Source of the DNA: a virus
Taxonomy: Duplodnaviria; Caudoviricetes
Strand: one strand, 5' to 3'
Length of the DNA: 61,934 nt
Virus record (IMG/VR): IMGVR_UViG_3300031455_000003
Location: 1-61,934 of that record
In this document: in pieces, positions 56,325 to 61,934 of the stretch
How the letters are laid out: each line of letters begins with the position of its first letter
Position numbering within the stretch: the first letter of the stretch is position 1
Made by a program: the position numbers and the translations under genes
The notes under the pieces: generated by a model
Database searches by the model: none
What the model was told of the DNA's origin: nothing
Seen by the model: only the letters and a program-made list of their open reading frames with translations

Positions 56325-56527
56325 TAGCGGTTCAGCTTCACGCCTTCGAGCGGATCCGGCGTCGAGATGCGCGTCTTTTCGACCCGTTGTGCGAAGGCGA
56401 CATAGGCCAGCGCGAAGATCCCGAACACCACGCCGAGCGCGAGCCAGACGAATACGTTGCGACCCTTGGCGGTGGCAACCACGGCAGTCAGCCCGCCGAA
56501 GAACAGCCAGAAGATGAGAAATTCCAT
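56321..56527 (-). CDS. Small two-TM membrane protein (moron)
   Basis: AGGAGG RBS; WLFFGGLTAVVATAKGRNVFVWLALG. Confidence 0.75.
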   Translation of the reverse strand: MEFLIFWLFFGGLTAVVATAKGRNVFVWLALGVVFGIFALAYVAFAQRVEKTRISTPDPLEGVKLNRY

Positions 56528-56592
56528 CCGGTCCTCCTGTTGCGAATGCAGGAGCAAATCGCGTCGGGATGCCGGGCATTCAAGGGGAACAA

Positions 56593-58623
56593 ATGGCGAC
56601 AGACCTCGAAAAGCTCGTCGTCAGCCTTAGCGCGGACTTCAAGAGCTACGAAAACGCAATGGCCAAGGCCTCCGGGATCACCCGGAAGCAGCTTGCGCAG
56701 ATCAAGGCGGATGCCGTCGCGGCTGGCGGCGGATCGGTCGTGGCGTTCGACGGCGCCGCCCGGAGCGCGAAGAAGTTCGGGAGCGGAGCGTCCGCAGCGG
56801 CCCGTCAGGTGGCGCAACTCAAGGGTCAGACGGGAAACCTGGCGGCGCAGTTCAACGATATCGGCGTGCAACTTGCCGGCGGTCAGTCGCCGTTCCTGAT
56901 CGCCCTTCAGCAGGGGACGCAGATCAACCAGGTGCTCGGCGGCGCGGGCGCGCGCGGCGCGGTGGCGGCGCTTGGCGGGGCGTTCATGTCTCTGCTCAAT
57001 CCCGTTTCGCTCGCGACGATTGGCATTATCGCCGCAGGCGGGGCGGCCGTGCAGTATTTCTCATCGCTCTTCCGCGATGGCGACAAGTCAGCCGAGGAAC
57101 TGAAAAAGCAATCCGACCTGATCCGCCAAGTGGCCAAGGATTGGGGCGACGCGGTTCCGGGTATCCGCGCCTACGCAGACCAGCTTGAGAGGGCGGCCCG
57201 TAGCGCCGACATTCTCCAGGCGGCGCAGTCGGTTCAAGATCAGATCGCCGGCAAGCTGCTTGAGAGATTCCGGGCGCTGACCGCAGAACACAAGAACGCC
57301 ATCAGCCTTATCCCGGACGTGAATCGGGAATACGGCGTTCTCGCCGGCAAGATGGAGAGCGGCGGAGCGACCACTGAGGATTTCCAGCGCATTTTGGACA
57401 TCCTTGCGTCGGTTCTCGATACCGAGACTAGCCCTGCGCTGGAGACCCTGCGCGCCGCGCTGGCCGCAATGCAGGCGCAAGCCGCGGGGGCGGCATCCTC
57501 GATCGCGCAAGTTGGTAATGAAGCGGCAGTGGCGGCCGGCAAGGTTCGCGACTTCGCGGCTGCGCAGGCGATGCGCGACAGCACGCGCTCGGTTCTGCAG
57601 GACCAGAAGGATTTCGTCGCCGAGCAGGATCGGCTGAACAGCCTTACGGCCGATCAATTGGCGATGGAGCGCGAGATTGCATCCGTCCGCTCGGACGCTG
57701 AGCGCGACGGAACGGTCATAGATGCCACCACCGCCACACGCCTGGCGCAGGATAGACTTGCGGCGGAGAAGGCCCGCGCTGAAGCCGCAAAGGCGGCGCG
57801 TAGTTCTGGCGGCGGCGGTGGTGGCGGACGCTCCGCGTCTGTCTCCGAGGCCGAGCGCGAGCGCGAAGCGGTCATCAAGCTGATCGAGGCGCTGCAGTTC
57901 GAACAGTCGCTGATCGGCGCTACCGACCTAGAGCGCGAGAAGGCGAACCAACTACGCCGGGCCGGAACTGCCGCAACGGCTGAGCAGCGCGCCCAGATCG
58001 AGGGCATCGTCACTGCGTCCTACGCAATGACGGAAGAGCTTGCCCGCACTGAAGAGCAGATGGAGGCGCTGAAGGATCTCAGCCGCGACGTGCTCGGCGG
58101 GATGGTGGAAGACCTGATCGACGGGGCGGACGCAGCGGATGTTCTGTCGAATGCGCTGGCCCGTGTCGGCGGATCGCTGATCCAGTCCGGTCTGGATGCT
58201 CTGATCGAGGGGGCGTTCGCCGGTCGAACTGGATCGGCTGGCGGCATTTTCGGTGGTCGGATCATCCCCGGCATCCTGCACAGCGGCGGCATCGCCGGCG
58301 TCGATGGCTATGGACATGGCCGCAGCGTTTCGCCGGCAGTGTTCGCCAACGCGCGCAGGATGCACACCGGCGGCATCGCCGGCCTGATGCCGGGCGAGGT
58401 TCCGGCGATCTTGCAAAAGGGCGAGCGGGTCATCCCGCGTGGCGGATCGGGGGGCGGCAACATGGATGTGCGCGTCTACGTCGATCAGGATGGCAACTGG
58501 CAGGCGGCGGTGGAGCGCATTGCCGGCGCGCGCGTGCGAGGCGAAGCCCCCCGGATCGTCGGCCAGTCGGTGAAGGCGGTGCGGGACGGCAATGCCGCGT
58601 CGGCGCGGTTCTTGAGTGGCTAA
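56593..58623 (+). CDS. Tape measure protein
   Basis: NLAAQFNDIGVQLAGGQSPFLIALQQGTQI; C-terminal HSGG / GEVPAILQKGERV. Confidence 0.92.
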   Translation: MATDLEKLVVSLSADFKSYENAMAKASGITRKQLAQIKADAVAAGGGSVVAFDGAARSAKKFGSGASAAARQVAQLKGQTGNLAAQFNDIGVQLAGGQSPFLIALQQGTQINQVLGGAGARGAVAALGGAFMSLLNPVSLATIGIIAAGGAAVQYFSSLFRDGDKSAEELKKQSDLIRQVAKDWGDAVPGIRAYADQLERAARSADILQAAQSVQDQIAGKLLERFRALTAEHKNAISLIPDVNREYGVLAGKMESGGATTEDFQRILDILASVLDTETSPALETLRAALAAMQAQAAGAASSIAQVGNEAAVAAGKVRDFAAAQAMRDSTRSVLQDQKDFVAEQDRLNSLTADQLAMEREIASVRSDAERDGTVIDATTATRLAQDRLAAEKARAEAAKAARSSGGGGGGGRSASVSEAEREREAVIKLIEALQFEQSLIGATDLEREKANQLRRAGTAATAEQRAQIEGIVTASYAMTEELARTEEQMEALKDLSRDVLGGMVEDLIDGADAADVLSNALARVGGSLIQSGLDALIEGAFAGRTGSAGGIFGGRIIPGILHSGGIAGVDGYGHGRSVSPAVFANARRMHTGGIAGLMPGEVPAILQKGERVIPRGGSGGGNMDVRVYVDQDGNWQAAVERIAGARVRGEAPRIVGQSVKAVRDGNAASARFLSG

Positions 58624-59335
58624 GGTCTACGCGTGGCCTCCGGTCTACGCCTTCGGTCCGGAGTGGACGATCGACGCTCCCATCAATTCATCGGCGGCGT
58701 GGCCGAGCGGTGCTCGCTATGCGTCGTCGGCCGGGCCGGTGCGGAGACTGGCGAGCCTCAGCGTCTCAGCGCTCGCCTGTGGGCGGCATGGCGCGGGCTA
58801 CATGGAGGCGCTGAAGCGGTATCTTGAGGGCGGCCAGCACTACGTGCGCCTGGTCTCGCGCCGGATCAACCGCGGCCCAGCCTATCCGGACGCGCTGCGC
58901 CAAAGCGGCGTCCTGACCTACAGCGGCGCGCCAGGAACATGGATCGGCCCATGGTATACCGGCACAGTCCTGACCGCGGCTCGCACGTCGCCGGACTTCA
59001 CGCTGCAGGTCGAGGGGCTGCCGCCCAGCACCACGGTCGCTTGGCCTGGCGAGTTTGTGACGGTCTATCGATCGAGCGATCAGGCCGAAAGCACGGTCAT
59101 GGTCTCCCGCCCGGCTCGGTCCGACGGCTCGGGCATCGCCAACATCCGCACGGTGACTGAGGCGGCATGGAGCGGCCGGATCAACATCGGCACGTCCGAA
59201 ACGGCGGTGTTCGCCGCCATGGGCATCCCGCGCTCGGCCCGGCCTCTGTCCGGCGATTGGTTCTACGACTGGAGCTTCCGCGAGGTCTTCGCGAGCGAGC
59301 TTTCCGGCGGCTTCGAGGAAATCGACCCTTGGTGA
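58616..59335 (+). CDS. Distal tail protein-like
   Basis: Position after TMP; ends WSFREVF..E. Confidence 0.6.
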   Translation: MAKVYAWPPVYAFGPEWTIDAPINSSAAWPSGARYASSAGPVRRLASLSVSALACGRHGAGYMEALKRYLEGGQHYVRLVSRRINRGPAYPDALRQSGVLTYSGAPGTWIGPWYTGTVLTAARTSPDFTLQVEGLPPSTTVAWPGEFVTVYRSSDQAESTVMVSRPARSDGSGIANIRTVTEAAWSGRINIGTSETAVFAAMGIPRSARPLSGDWFYDWSFREVFASELSGGFEEIDPW

Positions 59336-59901
59336 GCAGGGACGCTGGCGGGACGCTTCTGGCCGAGTTCGCCAAGGATTTCTTTCACCCGGTCGTGCTC
59401 GTCTACGTGGACTGGCCCGTAACACCGATCAGGGCGCACACCGGCCGCGGCACGATCGCATGGGGCGGGAACAACTGGTCCGGCGTCTGGCGTTTCGGGG
59501 CGGTTACCCTTCCCCCGGAGACCGGCGGCATGGCGACGGCGAGAGCGACGGCGAGCATCGTCGGCCAGCCGGAGGAAATCTACGCGCAGCTTGACGCGCC
59601 GATCCGCAACCGGGCGTGCGAGATGTGGTTCGGGGCAGTTTCGGAGCGTGCCGGGGACACCCTGGTCGGAACGCCGGTCTCGGTCTTCTCGGGCTACATG
59701 GACGCTGCCCGAGCGCCGATCCTCGAGACGGAGAGCGGCTTCGAAATGGCGATGGAGGTCGAGTTCGCGAGCGGCCCCCCGGCTCGAGCGCGCGGCTCCT
59801 ACTACCACAGCGATGCGGATCAGCGACGCGCCTACCCGACCGACAGCGCGGGGCGGCTGCTGATTTCCAACCTCGCCAGGTCAGCGACGCTGCGGTGGTA
59901 G
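59332..59901 (+). CDS. Tail hub/baseplate protein
   Basis: HTGRGTIAWGG..W.G; FSGYMD; DQRRAYPTD. Confidence 0.7.
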   Translation: MSRDAGGTLLAEFAKDFFHPVVLVYVDWPVTPIRAHTGRGTIAWGGNNWSGVWRFGAVTLPPETGGMATARATASIVGQPEEIYAQLDAPIRNRACEMWFGAVSERAGDTLVGTPVSVFSGYMDAARAPILETESGFEMAMEVEFASGPPARARGSYYHSDADQRRAYPTDSAGRLLISNLARSATLRW

Positions 59902-60269
59902 GTCTGGCGGAAGAAATCATGTCCCGGCCGTTCGTCTGGGGCTGCTGCGACTGCGCTACGGCGGCCTGCGATGTCTACGCGGCCTTGCACGGGGTTGACC
60001 CGCTGGCTGCCTTCCGTGGGGCCTACAGCAGCCACGCAGGGGCCAAGGTGTTTGCAGATAGTCATGGGGGCATCCGCGCGCTGTTCGCCCGCCTGATGGC
60101 CGCCACGGGCGCTGTGCAGCGCGATCCGCTTCCGGGCGATCTCGCGTTGTCGCTCGGGTTTGCCGAGCAGTGTGTTGTGATCTGTGTCGCACCGGACGTG
60201 TTCATGTCGAAGGGGCTGCGGGGTGTCTGGACAAGCCATGCCGCAGAGCTCGCCTACGGCCCGGAATAA
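59895..60269 (+). CDS. NlpC/P60-like tail protein (DUF6950-type)
   Basis: RPFVWGCCDC...D......GVDP....RGAY; PLPGD. Confidence 0.75.
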   Translation: MVGLAEEIMSRPFVWGCCDCATAACDVYAALHGVDPLAAFRGAYSSHAGAKVFADSHGGIRALFARLMAATGAVQRDPLPGDLALSLGFAEQCVVICVAPDVFMSKGLRGVWTSHAAELAYGPE

Positions 60270-61934
60270 ATGCCGCCCCTGATAGCGGCGGCGGGCACCG
60301 CCCTCTCCGGCTGGGTCGCGGCCGGCGGTATCGCGGCTGCGGCAACCCAGCTTGCCATCGGCGCCGGCCTGACGCTCGCGTCGAGGCTGATCGTCGGCGG
60401 CCCGCCCACGCCGGAGGCTCCGAAGACAAATCTTCCGGTCCCGTCCTCGCGACCGGAGTATCGGTTCAACTACGGCGAGCGTTTCGTTGACGGCTCGCCG
60501 ATGTGGTGGCGGAAGGATGGCAAGCTCTACCTCTGCGCGATCCTGAACAGCAGGCCGAGCGCAGGGTCGTTTGCGTTCATGATCGACAAGCGGCCGGTGA
60601 CGCTGAAGGCCGGGAATATCTTCGACTTCAACTCCGGCGGCGTTGAAGTGTCGTCGCCGGAGCGATTGGACGGATACGCCTATCTCTGGATAGGGCGCGG
60701 CGATCAGGTATCGCCCCCCGCTGATATCCTGGCCGGCGACGGCGCGGCTTACTTCAACGCCACGGACGGCTGGCGCGGCAGGACGGTTCTCTGGGCCAGA
60801 TTCCAGAAGGGCGCAGCCAAGGATGCGGCCAAGCGGTGGCCCAACGGCGTCCCGGTGGTTCAGGTTTCGGCTCAGTGGTCGCGGGTCTGGGATCCCAGGA
60901 TCAGCAGTCAGGATCCCGACAACCCGAACACATGGACGTGGTCGGCAAATCAGGCCCTTTGCGTCCTTGACGCGCTGCGAACGAACCCGATCCGGCGGTG
61001 GCCGCTGAGCCAACTTTTGTTGCCGAGCTTCATCGACGCCGCGAACGTCGCCGACGAGAATGTGGCGCGCATTTACCCCGCCGGAACGGAAAAGCGATAC
61101 CGTGTCGACGGGCAGATCATCTTTCGCGACGGCGAACTGGAGGCTCAGATCGAGCCGCTCCTTGCGGCCGGCGCGTCGCGGCTGACGCACATCGGCGGCA
61201 AGCTCGGCATCGTGCCTGGGGCCTGGTCGGCGCCGGTCTACACGGCAAGCGCGACGATCGGCCCGCCCGCCTACGAGCGGTGGAAGCCCGGCAAGAGCCT
61301 GACGACGGGGGCGCAGCTTTCCTACGTCGATGCGGAGGGTGACGAGCAGCTGACGCCGCTCCCGGTCTATGAGGTCCCCGGCGCGATATCGGCGGACGGC
61401 GAGGAAAAGATAGCGACGGACGATCTCGCGTTCGTCATGTCGCCCGGGCAGGGACAGCGCGTGCAGAAGATCAGGGCGATGCGCGCCCGTGCTCAGCGAA
61501 GCCTGATCTGCACGCTTCCGCCGGCCGCCTTCAACGTGGTCGCCGGCTCCAACATCACCGTCGCCCTGCCGGCGCCCTACACCCCGGCGAACGGGGTTTA
61601 TGAGGTGACGAGTTCCGATCCCGGCGTGTTCCTGCGGGAAGATGGCGGCGTCGCGATGCGCGTCGAGGTCGAGGCGACCGAGACATCCGAAGCCGTCTAC
61701 GCGTGGAGCCCCGCGACAGAAGAGCGGGAAATGGCGGCTGCGGATTATGACCCGAACCCGCCAGAGATCGAGCGCGGCGGAGTCATCACGGCGGCGGTCG
61801 GACCGTCGGTTTCACAGGACACCGGCGGCTCACCGATCAACCGCATCCGGTTTCAGTTCGACCCTAGCCCGACCTACAGCGTCGACGGCTACGAGTGGGA
61901 ATTCCGGGTGGCATCCGACGACTGGGAATCCGGG
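60270..61934 (+). CDS. Tail tip / central fibre (gpJ-like), continues at 144-308
   Basis: ATG directly after the NlpC-like stop; YRFNYG, VWDPR, WSANQALC motifs; no stop to window end. Confidence 0.85.
   Translation, partial: MPPLIAAAGTALSGWVAAGGIAAAATQLAIGAGLTLASRLIVGGPPTPEAPKTNLPVPSSRPEYRFNYGERFVDGSPMWWRKDGKLYLCAILNSRPSAGSFAFMIDKRPVTLKAGNIFDFNSGGVEVSSPERLDGYAYLWIGRGDQVSPPADILAGDGAAYFNATDGWRGRTVLWARFQKGAAKDAAKRWPNGVPVVQVSAQWSRVWDPRISSQDPDNPNTWTWSANQALCVLDALRTNPIRRWPLSQLLLPSFIDAANVADENVARIYPAGTEKRYRVDGQIIFRDGELEAQIEPLLAAGASRLTHIGGKLGIVPGAWSAPVYTASATIGPPAYERWKPGKSLTTGAQLSYVDAEGDEQLTPLPVYEVPGAISADGEEKIATDDLAFVMSPGQGQRVQKIRAMRARAQRSLICTLPPAAFNVVAGSNITVALPAPYTPANGVYEVTSSDPGVFLREDGGVAMRVEVEATETSEAVYAWSPATEEREMAAADYDPNPPEIERGGVITAAVGPSVSQDTGGSPINRIRFQFDPSPTYSVDGYEWEFRVASDDWESG
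61792..61934. repeat. Terminal direct repeat, right copy
   Basis: Matches 1-143 with one mismatch. Confidence 0.95.

Overview
The window is an apparently complete, circularly assembled genome of a temperate, GC-rich siphovirus. The unique length is about 61.8 kb; bases 1-143 repeat at 61792-61934 with one mismatch. The gene families point to an alphaproteobacterial host (inference). Order: tail tip, fibres and depolymerases (60270 through the end to ~10100); lysis (10148-13009); tyrosine integrase (14013-14954); a long leftward early operon of small coupled genes including Rad52-like SSAP, NinB, DUF1364, MazG-like and ASCH-like genes; a cI/cro switch with five 14-bp operators; rightward early and replication genes (methyltransferases, DUF1064, DUF1376 initiator, NusG-like antiterminator); HNH-terS-terL (terL holds an Ala-start class 3 intein); a protease-capsid fusion followed by portal; then neck and tail genes. 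The most unusual feature is a ~5.5 kb cluster between the head-tail adaptor and head-closure genes. It holds a circularly permuted/split Ig domain, two paralogous beta-helix proteins and a protein with 23 x 22-aa repeats, which together suggest an undescribed neck fibre that may assemble by strand complementation. Also notable: identical gene-boundary repeats framing unrelated cargo in the early operon, an integrase lacking its first catalytic Arg, and two candidate structured RNAs. Family assignments come from recalled motifs and synteny; no database search was run.
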